Assembly (NCBI GenBank): GCA_963760615.1
Contig: CAVXDX010000012.1
Span: forward strand, 8,308 to 72,307
Reading direction: 5' to 3'
DNA length: 64,000 bases
Origin: an uncultured Candidatus Micrarchaeota archaeon
Lineage (GTDB): Archaea > Micrarchaeota > Micrarchaeia > Burarchaeales > Fermentimicrarchaeaceae
Shown piece after piece: positions 26,767 through 36,500 of this stretch. A model generated the notes under the pieces. The model had not been told where the DNA came from. It made no database searches and saw only the letters and a list, made by a program, of their open reading frames with translations. Each line of letters begins with the position of its first letter. Position 1 is the first letter of the stretch. The position numbers and the translations under genes were made by a program.

Positions 26767-27627
26767 TCAGGCGATTCCGTACTGTTTTTTTATCTCCTCG
26801 AAAGTAGGCAGGGCAAACTCCTTTCTTGCTTTTACTACTTCCTGAAAATCCTCAGGATTGACCCCGAGCTTCTTGGCTATGTCCTTCACATCTAACAGCT
26901 TAACCTTTGAAAGCTTTACTACTCCGAACCAGTGCATCGCCCTCACGTCATCCCAGAGAAGCTCGCCATTGGGGTTTTTCGCCAGCTCTTCTATTATCTC
27001 CTTCCTGGCTGCATAAATCTTGTCGTCATCCCCGAGAATCCTGTTGTTGAAAAAAAGAAAGATTTTCGCAAACGTGACTTCCTCCATGTCTTCAGATTTT
27101 TTGCTGCCATCTGAAGGTTTGAAATTTCTTATTCTCTCTTTTGTTTCCTCAAGTTCGAAGATACGACCTCTGAGTTTCATGTTTTCATCTCCAAACTCGT
27201 GCATCACCAAGCTCGTTTCATGGTTATTGCTCTCATCCCTCAGTAGGACATGCACATCAACATCGCTCCTTGCCCCTGCGGTTCCTTTTGCCCAGCTCCC
27301 CATAAATGAAAGTCCTATAAACTTGTCCCCGTTAATGAATTTTAGCGCTTTCTCAGCTCTCCCCAGCAGCTCTATGAGTTCTTCATAGCGCTGTTTTTCC
27401 AAAGCAGTGCCCTTTCTACCTATAAACTCCGGGTATTCGGCTGACTTGAGGACTTCCGCCCTTGCGGCCTGCTTCAGCTCATTCTTGAATGACTTCGTGA
27501 GAAACTTTTCAGCAGCAGCCCTTTCGTCATCTGACAGGATGCTTTTCTTCAGGGCTTCCTTGAAGTCTGAGCCTATCTCATCCCTGAGTTTTTGCTCTAT
27601 CTGCTTGTCCTTTGAAATTTTCTGCAT
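26767..27627 (-). CDS. Pol-beta superfamily nucleotidyltransferase-domain protein
   Basis: LSFMGSWAKGTAGARSDVDVHVL (GS..G...SDxD); start MQKISK inferred from TATA-N7-ATGCCTAATCT-N4-ATG geometry. Confidence 0.75.
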   Translation of the reverse strand: MQKISKDKQIEQKLRDEIGSDFKEALKKSILSDDERAAAEKFLTKSFKNELKQAARAEVLKSAEYPEFIGRKGTALEKQRYEELIELLGRAEKALKFINGDKFIGLSFMGSWAKGTAGARSDVDVHVLLRDESNNHETSLVMHEFGDENMKLRGRIFELEETKERIRNFKPSDGSKKSEDMEEVTFAKIFLFFNNRILGDDDKIYAARKEIIEELAKNPNGELLWDDVRAMHWFGVVKLSKVKLLDVKDIAKKLGVNPEDFQEVVKARKEFALPTFEEIKKQYGIA

Positions 27628-27699
27628 GTCTAGATTAGGCATTTCTTTCTATTTAATCTTGCCTCCCCCCCAACAACCAAATTAACCAGTAAGATTTCC

Positions 27700-27719
27700 C
27701 ACCGGGGGCTTTTTTCCAG
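27700..27719. repeat. Element E copy 2, CACCGGGGGCTTTTTTCCAG
   Basis: Matches 26041-26061. Confidence 0.8.
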
Positions 27720-27722
27720 TTA

Positions 27723-27738
27723 TGTAACCATGGTTACA
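27723..27738. promoter_or_regulatory. Perfect palindrome TGTAACCATGGTTACA
   Basis: Third copy of TGTAAC-N4-GTTACA, upstream of the NTase gene. Confidence 0.65.
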
Positions 27739-27818
27739 TTGCCTTGACACGGATTTATTTTGTTACAGTAACAAAAAATGCCTCTTTTCGTGCTGATTTT
27801 GTTATAATAACAAATTAA

Positions 27819-28091
27819 CTAGTCCGCCCCGCACCAGAATCCGCCGTACTTCTTTATGTACTTCTCCTCCTGCTTGAAATGCTTCCTGCAGAGGTAGCTC
27901 CATCCCGAGTCCTTTCCGATGTGGTAAACCTCCTTGAATGGTTCATCGGTGCAGCCCTTATAATCGCAGAAATGCCCCTCCATGTATCTTCTGGCGCATT
28001 TCTCGGAGCAGAACTCGCCGTATTTCTTCAGGGAGACTGCCTTCCTGCCCGTTTTTCCATCGCACCATCTGCACTCTCTTTCTCTACGCAT
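27819..28091 (-). CDS. Small double zinc-finger protein (TRASH/YHS-like)
   Basis: CRWC...FCSEKC and CDYKGC...YLCRKH; ATG overlaps the stop of the HTH gene. Confidence 0.6.
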   Translation of the reverse strand: MRRERECRWCDGKTGRKAVSLKKYGEFCSEKCARRYMEGHFCDYKGCTDEPFKEVYHIGKDSGWSYLCRKHFKQEEKYIKKYGGFWCGAD

Positions 28092-28443
28092 GGTATGCAA
28101 CTGCCTTTATCGATTTCCTATGGGCCGCTCCTTCACCGACGGATTGTCTTATCAGCGCAAGCTCTATCTTCTTTATTTCTTGCACTATTGGGCTTGCCTC
28201 GTTGAGCTGGTAGAGCTTTATCCTGCCAATCTGCCTTGTCACTTTCATTATGTTCCTTTCCTCAAGCCTGTCCCAGTATTTGTACAGGGTCGTCCAGCCA
28301 ACTCCCGAGCCATTTGCTATTTCCTTCTTGGTGAAATCCCGCAGTCTGTTCTCCAGTAGGAAATCAATTATTCTGAATAATGGCGTGTCCCCGAAAAATT
28401 CAAGAAGAAGGGAACTACCACCGCTAGGGTCGCCAAGACTCAC
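28084..28443 (-). CDS. Winged-HTH DNA-binding protein
   Basis: FFGDTPLFRIIDFLLE..DFTKKEIA..SGVGWTTLY...TRQIGRIKLYQLN; SD GAGGTGAT. Confidence 0.8.
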   Translation of the reverse strand: MSLGDPSGGSSLLLEFFGDTPLFRIIDFLLENRLRDFTKKEIANGSGVGWTTLYKYWDRLEERNIMKVTRQIGRIKLYQLNEASPIVQEIKKIELALIRQSVGEGAAHRKSIKAVAYHA

Positions 28444-28589
28444 TTATATCACCTCTAAGCATTATTATTAACAGTTAATAGTTAACACACAAAAGTATTT
28501 AAATGTTCGCTAATAAATATATGAGCATTCTTCAAAAAGAACAGTTGGAGAGTAGTCTGAGGTGACCGTGACTCCAACGGAGAATACGT

Positions 28590-28880
28590 ATGAGTGAGAT
28601 TGACAGGGCATATTCAAAAGAAGAGCTTAAGGCGCACATTCTCTATAAGCTTGCAAGGAGGAGGATGTGGGGAGGCAAACACCTCCCGATTATGTATGTC
28701 CGTTCTGGAATTCCTCAGAAATATTTGAGTCAGTTAGATGAGATTGCGAAGGAACTTATAAATGAAGGACTTCTCATTCAAGCTCCGAAAACAGGCCAGC
28801 TTCATGTCTCACTCAATCCGCGTATGAAGAGGGAAATAATTGAGCTGATTGAAAGACATTTCGGAAAAGTTTACTGGTGA
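28590..28880 (+). CDS. Small winged-helix-like protein with WGGKH motif
   Basis: ILYKLARRRMWGGKH...KELINEGLLI...HVSLNP. Confidence 0.7.
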   Translation: MSEIDRAYSKEELKAHILYKLARRRMWGGKHLPIMYVRSGIPQKYLSQLDEIAKELINEGLLIQAPKTGQLHVSLNPRMKREIIELIERHFGKVYW

Positions 28881-28933
28881 AACACGAGCCACTCACCCTT
28901 TTAAATTTTCTATTTCACAACTAATACGCCAAG

Positions 28934-29057
28934 GCCAAGGTAGCTCAGCTTGGTTAGAGCACCAGACTCATAAGCTCAGCTTCATGAGTGATGAGCGCTA
29001 TGCGCGATGATATGCTGCGTAATCTGGGTGTCGCGAGTTCAAATCTCGCCCTTGGCA
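28934..29057 (+). tRNA. tRNA-Met(CAT), probably elongator, with 49-nt intron (28973-29021) at 37/38
   Basis: Acceptor GCCAAGG/CCTTGGC, anticodon stem CCAGA/TCTGG around CTCATA^A, T-loop GTTCAAATC. Confidence 0.9.
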
Positions 29058-30299
29058 CTATTTCTTCTGTGAATGAGACTCCAGCCAGTCATTGAACTCC
29101 TTCTCCAAGTCCTCATGCACCTCTGGAGGAGCTGCTGGCGGCTGGGCTGGCGGGGCTGGAGGAGGCGGCTTGGGTGCTTCCTCCTTTCTGGGCTGCCTCT
29201 TTACAAACGGCAACGCAACAATAACCAACGCGACAATAACGAGCAGGACAACGAACGCGCCTCCAAGGACAAGGAGGGTGTTATCGCCTCCTGAAGAAGT
29301 CTGGTTTGAGGAGGAGTTCGTTGAATTATTTTTAACAGGTATGATGACTGATTTATTAGGTGCACTGACTGGGCACTTCCCAATGGAGTTCACCGATGAG
29401 TGTATTGAGCTGTTGGCATCTCTGAGCTTTGAGAATGCGACTGTATAGTCATCCGAAGCCAGAGCCTGCGCTGCCTCACTGACAGATTCATTGGCGCTGC
29501 TGAGCTGCGACTCTGAGAGGGTGACATTTGAGCCGCATTTCCTACCCTCTAGGATGACTTTCGCGACAGACGCAATTCTGAGCGCAGTGTCGTTTATGAG
29601 GGATACCACAGCGCTGCAGTTTTTCTTCAACAGCATGAGAGACTCATTTGCAGCGTGAATTGAATTGGATGCGTCTATCATGTAACTCCATGAGGAGGAG
29701 AGCTGGCATTGCCTGAGGGAGGTATTCGCTGCGGAGAGGTTCTGCAATGCACTTCCAAGGTAACCCTTCACTGGAAGCATGCCGCAGCATGAGCTGCCGT
29801 AGCAAATTCCCCCAAGCGCATTGCTCACCTGTTTGAAACCATCTTCCGTGCTCTGCATTCTGGAGAGAACATTCATTTCATAGGGCGAGGTATGATAGCT
29901 CATAAAGATATCAAAAGATGTCGTGTAGTTATAACCCCCATTACTGCCGATGACTATCACGTTTGTGGGTGAGGAGCCGTTCAGGCCTCCCATCATGGTG
30001 TATACCCTCAGCGTGCATGAAGCTGTGCTGGATGATGGCAGTACATTGTTGGTGCCTATGCACCTAATCAAGCCACCATCCCTGTAGAAGCCGATGCTAG
30101 GGTCGTACCACTCATAGGAGAGTGTGAGGGGGCGCGAGGAAGGATTTATGACTGCTATGCTGAATTCCACAGGATTGGGGTTGCCGTCTCCCCTGCAGTT
30201 GCAGCCGCTGAATGATACTGTGCCTGTCTGGTAGGCAATAAGCTGCTGCGCACTAGCCATGCCTATGAAAGCCAGCAGGATAATCAGCTTTAACTTCAT
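29058..30299 (-). CDS. Exported membrane-anchored protein with Pro-rich cytoplasmic tail
   Basis: Signal peptide [17 protein letters not shown], Cys pairs, [12 protein letters not shown]. Confidence 0.75.
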   Translation of the reverse strand: MKLKLIILLAFIGMASAQQLIAYQTGTVSFSGCNCRGDGNPNPVEFSIAVINPSSRPLTLSYEWYDPSIGFYRDGGLIRCIGTNNVLPSSSTASCTLRVYTMMGGLNGSSPTNVIVIGSNGGYNYTTSFDIFMSYHTSPYEMNVLSRMQSTEDGFKQVSNALGGICYGSSCCGMLPVKGYLGSALQNLSAANTSLRQCQLSSSWSYMIDASNSIHAANESLMLLKKNCSAVVSLINDTALRIASVAKVILEGRKCGSNVTLSESQLSSANESVSEAAQALASDDYTVAFSKLRDANSSIHSSVNSIGKCPVSAPNKSVIIPVKNNSTNSSSNQTSSGGDNTLLVLGGAFVVLLVIVALVIVALPFVKRQPRKEEAPKPPPPAPPAQPPAAPPEVHEDLEKEFNDWLESHSQKK

Positions 30300-30361
30300 C
30301 AGTTCACCACTATAAATTTTGGGCGGGAGAGTATTTAAGGTTTATTTTTCATATCACTAGC

Positions 30362-31090
30362 GTGATACCCGAGAACCACCCGAGGAGGAAATCCCTCCTT
30401 TTGAGGGAGAAGCTTATTGAGGGGTACAAGAAAGGGCTAGTATCCGATGAGGGGCTCATAGCCCATGGTAGGGGGGAGGCTTTTTATTACCTTCTCGGAG
30501 AGAGAACGAGGGAACCTGCTAAGAGAGCAATAAGGGCAGCTGCGGCAGCGCTGCTTCTCGCAAAGAATCCTGTGATTTCTGTGAACGGCAACGTTGCTGC
30601 GCTTGCAGCAGAGAGCGTCGCCGAGCTTGCAAGGGAGATTAATGGCAAGATTGAGGTGAACCTATTCTACAGAACGCGGGAGAGGGCGGAGAGGATAGGG
30701 GGACGCCTCAAGCATGCGGGTGCTGAGAATGTTCTGGGCGTGAATGACGCCTATGCTCGGATACCGGAGCTGTTCAGCGAGAGAAGAAAGGTGAGCGTGG
30801 AGGGGATTTACCTTGCAGACTGCGTGCTCATCCCTCTTGAGGATGGGGACAGGTGCGAGGCGCTTGTGAAGATGGGGAAGAGGACTATTGCCATAGACTT
30901 GAACCCTCTTTCAAGAACCGCAGTAAAGGCACACATAACAATAGTTGATGAACTGACAATGGCCCTGCCCTTGCTTATCAAGGAGGTTAAGAACCTTAGG
31001 GTGAAGGATGATGCTTATTTGGAATCGATTCTTAAGAGCTACAACAACAAGAAAGTGCTTGCGGATATGAGGAAGCTGATAAATCTATAG
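30362..31090 (+). CDS. pps: Phosphopantothenate synthetase (4-phosphopantoate-beta-alanine ligase)
   Basis: [48 protein letters not shown]. Confidence 0.93.
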   Translation: MIPENHPRRKSLLLREKLIEGYKKGLVSDEGLIAHGRGEAFYYLLGERTREPAKRAIRAAAAALLLAKNPVISVNGNVAALAAESVAELAREINGKIEVNLFYRTRERAERIGGRLKHAGAENVLGVNDAYARIPELFSERRKVSVEGIYLADCVLIPLEDGDRCEALVKMGKRTIAIDLNPLSRTAVKAHITIVDELTMALPLLIKEVKNLRVKDDAYLESILKSYNNKKVLADMRKLINL

Positions 31091-31107
31091 TCTGCAAATG
31101 TCCGCTA

Positions 31108-32400
31108 TCAATAAATCTTTGACTGCATGGGCTGGCTGTACACTATTTTTCCTCTTGAGATTGTCATCACAGGCACTCCAACAGTCTGGAAGCCTTCGAA
31201 AGGAGTCCACTTGCACTTTGTGTACAACTCCTTGGCATGTATCTCCCGCTTCTTGTTCAAGTCAACAACCACTATGTCCGCATCACTCCCCTCTGCAAGC
31301 ACCCCTTTCTGTGGATACAAGCCCATCCTCTTTGCAGGGTTGATGCTGAGCAACTTTGTAAGCTTATAGAGGTTTATCCACCTCCTTTTCACAGCAGTCA
31401 GCATGAGAGGAAGCATCGTCTCTATGCCCGGAACTCCTGCGGGAGCCTCCCAGTAGGGCTTCTTCTTCTCATCCTTGGTGTGGGGTGCATGGTCGCTTGC
31501 AACAATGTCAACAACACCTGTTTTTATGCCCTTCCAGAGAGCAGCCTGGTCCTCCCTGCTTCTGAGAGGAGGGTTCATCTTACCGAAGTTCCCAAGCTCC
31601 TTCATATTCTCTTCGGTGAGGAATAGGTGGTGTGGCGTGACGTCGCATGTCACATCCATCATCCGCTTCATGCTTCTCACAAGCCTCAGAGACTCCTTTG
31701 TTGAGAGGTGAGTGAGGTGCAGCTTGACACCCGCAGCCATTCCGAGCTGCAGTGCAGTTGCAACTGCAACAGATTCTGAGAGCGGCGGGCGTGCTGCCGG
31801 ATGCAGGAGAGGGTCGTTCCTCTTCTTCAGCTTCTCCCTGAAATATGAGTTTATATCCGCATCCTCAGCATGCGTTATGGCAACCTTCCCAGTCTTTGTT
31901 ATCTCCTCATAGGCCTCAAGGAGCTCATTCTTGCTAACCTGCAGCTCCCCGAAGGACTCGCACATGAATATCTCGCCGAAAGCCCCTACTGCATTGGCCA
32001 TGCCTGCAAGCTCGTGTATATTGCCCTTCCTCACTCCTCCGCATATTCTGTAGTCTATCACGCATTTTGAGCTTGCCAGCCTGCTCTTCTCCTGAATCCT
32101 CTGCAGGGTGGTTGTAGGTGGCATGGTATTCGGCATTTCAAAAACTAGAGTTACACCTCCGTGGGCAGCAGCTTTGCTGCCGTTCTCCCAGTCCTCCTTG
32201 TACTCCATCCCTGGCTCGCGGAAGTGCGCGTGTATGTCAATCACGCCAGGCAGCATCACCTCCTTCTTGAAGACAAATGTCTTCTCAGCTTCCTCGAGGT
32301 GCCTGCCAACCTTAGCTATTTTCCCCTCGCTTATTCCAAGCTCGCATTCCACAAGCCTCCTATTCAGCAATGCGTGCCCGGCAAGCTTTAGCTCGTACAT
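31108..32400 (-). CDS. pyrC: Dihydroorotase
   Basis: DIHAHFREPG, DVTPHHL, KMNPPLR, SDHAPH, GVPGIE. Confidence 0.88.
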   Translation of the reverse strand: MYELKLAGHALLNRRLVECELGISEGKIAKVGRHLEEAEKTFVFKKEVMLPGVIDIHAHFREPGMEYKEDWENGSKAAAHGGVTLVFEMPNTMPPTTTLQRIQEKSRLASSKCVIDYRICGGVRKGNIHELAGMANAVGAFGEIFMCESFGELQVSKNELLEAYEEITKTGKVAITHAEDADINSYFREKLKKRNDPLLHPAARPPLSESVAVATALQLGMAAGVKLHLTHLSTKESLRLVRSMKRMMDVTCDVTPHHLFLTEENMKELGNFGKMNPPLRSREDQAALWKGIKTGVVDIVASDHAPHTKDEKKKPYWEAPAGVPGIETMLPLMLTAVKRRWINLYKLTKLLSINPAKRMGLYPQKGVLAEGSDADIVVVDLNKKREIHAKELYTKCKWTPFEGFQTVGVPVMTISRGKIVYSQPMQSKIY

Positions 32401-32437
32401 ACGACCACTAATTTATTAATGGCACCCATTTAAATTT

Positions 32438-32962
32438 ATGGATGTTGCCACGGCACTTGGAGTCGCAAGCAATGCAATGGGTCCTGTAACAAGCTTCATG
32501 GCCAGCCAGAATATCGGCATTCTCACTACATTTTCACTCTTCGCAGACCAGTACACCTACGCAGTGCTGCCTGCATTGATTATAGTTTTCTACAAGAAGC
32601 TTGGGAGGAGAAGGGTGGCATCTCTTGCACTGTGCATGCTACTGCTTTACATATCCGTAACATCCCTCAAAATATTTTTCCACGAGCCAAGGCCATGCAA
32701 TGAATACCTCAAGACAAGCTGCCCTGAGGATTACTCCCTTCCGAGTGGGCATGCGTCGGTTGCTTTCGCGTTTGCATTCTTCTCTGTCGGCACGGTTGCC
32801 TTCCCATTCTATTATGTGAGCGCCTTCCTTATTGCACTGAGCAGAATCTACCTGGGGGTGCATACGCTCAATGATGTTGCGGGCGGAGCAGTTGTAGGCA
32901 TTTTCAGTTATTTTGTTTCCGAAAAGGTGGTTGGAGCATGCTTGAGATACGTAGGAGGTTAA
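32438..32962 (+). CDS. PAP2 family phosphatase
   Basis: KIFFHEPRP, PSGH, SRIYLGVHTLNDV. Confidence 0.9.
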   Translation: MDVATALGVASNAMGPVTSFMASQNIGILTTFSLFADQYTYAVLPALIIVFYKKLGRRRVASLALCMLLLYISVTSLKIFFHEPRPCNEYLKTSCPEDYSLPSGHASVAFAFAFFSVGTVAFPFYYVSAFLIALSRIYLGVHTLNDVAGGAVVGIFSYFVSEKVVGACLRYVGG

Positions 32963-33498
32963 TCCACATATCGGTTGGGTTGTTTATTATAGCAGCTCTC
33001 TCTATCTGGGGGGCTGGCTACTATGAATACGTAGAGGGAACACTTTTTGCGATGTTCCTTGTTGGGCTGTGGATAACTGACCAGAAGCTGAAGAGGAGGA
33101 AGCTGCCTGTTGTGGATTACATGCTTGAGATGTTTGAGAGACCGCATGCTCTCCCAACTTATGGGGCTTTCTGGTATGGGATGGGCGTGCTGCTGTTGTT
33201 TTCATTCATGAAGGACTTGAACTACATACAAGCAGGAATAGGCATTCTGGCCATAGGGGATGGCATAGCAACATTGGTTGGCAGGAGCGGGAATATAAGA
33301 ATTTTCTACAACCCGAACAAAACCATTGAGGGGACTGCTGCTTTCTTCATTGCCAGCTCCCTTGTTGCATATATTTTCCTTGGAAGCGCAGGAGTTATGC
33401 TCTCCCTGCTCTGCTCGCTTGCGGAGAGTGTGGACTGGGGAGTGGATGACAATTTCATCATTCCTTTAACATGCGTGCTGTTCTATCTTTTAGTATAG
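32938..33498 (+). CDS. Polyprenol/dolichol kinase-like membrane protein
   Basis: RRLIHI, LAIGDGIATLVG, KTIEGT, DDNFIIP. Confidence 0.85.
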   Translation: MLEIRRRLIHISVGLFIIAALSIWGAGYYEYVEGTLFAMFLVGLWITDQKLKRRKLPVVDYMLEMFERPHALPTYGAFWYGMGVLLLFSFMKDLNYIQAGIGILAIGDGIATLVGRSGNIRIFYNPNKTIEGTAAFFIASSLVAYIFLGSAGVMLSLLCSLAESVDWGVDDNFIIPLTCVLFYLLV

Positions 33499-33523
33499 AA
33501 ACTATGCAGTTTTACAGTATACT

Positions 33524-36500
33524 TTAGCAAGCACAGTATAAAGTACTACACGCGGTAACGCATTGGTAGTCGGTTCCCGTGTGGCAGAAGTTATCGCAGT
33601 TGCAACAGACCTGAGACCCAGGACAAGTACCAGTTGGATGTGCGTTATCACAAGCGCCAGCTGCTGACTGACATGTTCCTCCGCTGCATGTACCTGATTG
33701 GCATACTCCAGGGCATAGGCATGCTTGCCCGTTTGCTAAAGAACCTGCGGTTATGCAGTATGAAGCACCTGTACCTCCTCCCTTGCACATATTGGCGCAC
33801 TTATAGTTGTTGGTTGCGCCGCATGCTACTGCATTGCAACTGTTTGAACTGCAGGTACCACAGACTGCACAGGCAGCTGTTGATGAAACTGCAGTGCATG
33901 ATGGGGTTGATGTGGTGGTAGTGCAGCCTACTGTTGGGAAATAGTGGGTTGCGTCGCAGTTTGTGATTGGGTTGGATGAGCAGGTGGCGAGAGTGCCAAA
34001 GTAATAGCCGCAGAGACTGGGTGTATTTGCGTAGTATCCTTGGCATACGCCGGGGTTACCCGAACATGCTCCTGAAGTGCACATTCCAGCGCAGTAGCAG
34101 GTTGCTCCTGTTCCGCCTTTGGCTACGCAGTTTCCTCCACCTGTTCCTAGACCATTGCATACACTGGGACTAGTACAGCCATAGCCGTTTGTTGTACCGC
34201 ATGATTTTGTACCGCAGGTATCACCAGTGCCGGTGCAGTCTCCGCATACCGCGCAATAGCCTGAAACACATGATAGCTGAGCGCCTAGTATGCAGGTTGG
34301 TTGTGATGCGCTGACTTTATAGCCTGATGCGCAGAATGCATTTGCGGGTCCGCATGAGGCAGAATTTCCATAGTAATAGCCGCAGAGATTTGGTAATGAC
34401 TGGTAATAGCGTGAGCATTTATGGGTGGTGGTATTGCAGACCAGCCCACCTGTGCACATTTCAGGACAGTAACAGTCAGCTCCCTCAGTGCTGGATGGGG
34501 GTACGCAGTTTCCTCCACCTGTTCCTAGACCATTGCATACACTGGGACTAGTACAGCCATAGCCGTTTGTTGTACCGCATGATTTTGTACCGCAGGTATC
34601 ACCAGTGCCGGTGCAGTCTCCGCATACCGCGCAATAGCCTGAAACACATGATAGCTGAGCGCCTAGTATGCAGGTTGGTTGTGATGCGCTGACTTTATAG
34701 CCTGATGCGCAGAATGCATTTGCGGGTCCGCATGAGGCAGAATTTCCATAGTAATAGCCGCAGAGATTTGGTAATGACTGGTAATAGCGTGAGCATTTAT
34801 GGGTGGTGGTATTGCAGACCAGCCCACCTGTGCACATTTCAGGACAGTAACAGTCAGCTCCCTCAGTGCTGGATGGGGGTACGCAGTTTCCTCCACCTGT
34901 TCCTAGACCATTGCATACACTGGGACTAGTACAGCCATAGCCGTTTGTTGTACCGCATGATTTTGTACCGCAGGTATCACCAGTGCCGGTGCAGTCTCCG
35001 CATACCGCGCAATAGCCTGAAACACATGATAGCTGAGCGCCTAGTATGCAGGTTGGTTGTGATGCGCTGACTTTCTTGCTTGCTGGACAACTTGTGATTG
35101 GGTTGGAGGAGCAGGTGGAAGAAGTTCCATTGTAATAGGCGCAGAGATTTGGTAATGACTGGTAATAGCGTGAGCATTTATGGGTGGTGGTATTGCAGAC
35201 CAGCCCACCTGTGCACATTTCAGGACAGTAACAGTCAGCTCCTTCGATGCTGGATGGAGCAGCACAGTGGCTTGCTCCGGTTCCCACTCCATCGCAGACA
35301 TTACCACTTGTTGAGCATCCATATGTAGTTCCACAAGCAGCAATCCCGCAGGTATCCGTCCCATCACCAACACAGTCTCCGCAAGTTGCACATGAACCAG
35401 ATGAAGTTTCTGGCTGGCAGAATTTATAGCCTGATGATAAACAGTCTTGAATTGGGAAGTACTTTCCTGAACTGCAGTAGGTTGTAGTAAGTCCAGAACC
35501 GCATCCACCCGTTGTTGTTGACTGATAACCACAGAGGTTGGTGGTGTTCCGGTAGAAGTAAGTTTGTGCTGTGCAGATACCACCCACGCATGTCGTTCCA
35601 CCGGTGCAGACATTGCCGCAGTATCCGCAGTTGCTGTCGTTTGTATTCAGGTCAGGAACCTCGCATGCATCTGATGAATCATTATTGCAGTTTACAGAGG
35701 TGCCAGGGCAGTTAGTATAAATTCCGCCAGTGCAGTAGAACATATTTCCACAGTCATCTATTGATCCTGTGCAGCATTGAATCTGGTAGTTGATTCTGCC
35801 ATCGCTGCCGCCTGTTGAGTTTGAGCATATACGGGTGCCTTTTGAGATTTTATCACATGCCGGCCAGAATGTTAGGGTATTGGGAGGACAGCCATTTTGA
35901 CCTAAGCAGGATGCATTGCATATGCCGTTAAATGTGCAGGCTGCATTGCAGGCAGCAATGCATTGGCCTCCCTGACATGCAGTTCCCATCGGGCAGACAT
36001 TGCCGCAGTGTCCGCAGTTGCTGTTGTTTGTAAGCAGATTCACCTCGCATGCATCTGATGAATTATAATTGCAGTTTGCAAACCCAATTGAACAACCAGT
36101 GCAACTGCCACTGCTGCAGTATGATGTGTTCCCGCAGCTTGTTATCGCCCCGTTGCAGCATGAAACATTGTAGTTGATTGTGCCTGTTGTTCCACCTGAC
36201 GAGTCTGTACACAGTTGAACATTGGCACCAACATTGCCATTGCAGGCTGGGAATATTGAGGAACAGCCGGAACAGGTTGCATTGCATTTGTTGTTAAATG
36301 TGCAGTCTGGCATGCATGTGTTGGTGCACGCAGCGCAGTCACTTGGGCAGTTGACGCAGCTTTCTCCATTCGCAGTATCGCAGTGGGTATCTCCGCACCA
36401 GCCAATTGTTGTTGATGTATCCTGATAACACCTGTAACCTGGAGGTGCTGTGCCTCCTGTTGAATTTGGAAGGGACCTTGGCGCCCCGAGGCAGCATGTA

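Noticed and set aside
28973-29021. C/D-box guide RNA in the tRNA-Met intron
   Set aside because: A perfect box C (GTGATGA, 28988-94) is present, but there is no CTGA box D even across the circularisation junction and no clear guide complementarity
19480-29057. Variable region as a tRNA-Met-integrated provirus
   Set aside because: The region lies 5' of the tRNA, I found no duplicated tRNA segment at its left edge, it contains the essential rnpB gene, and it has no integrase, packaging ATPase or replication gene
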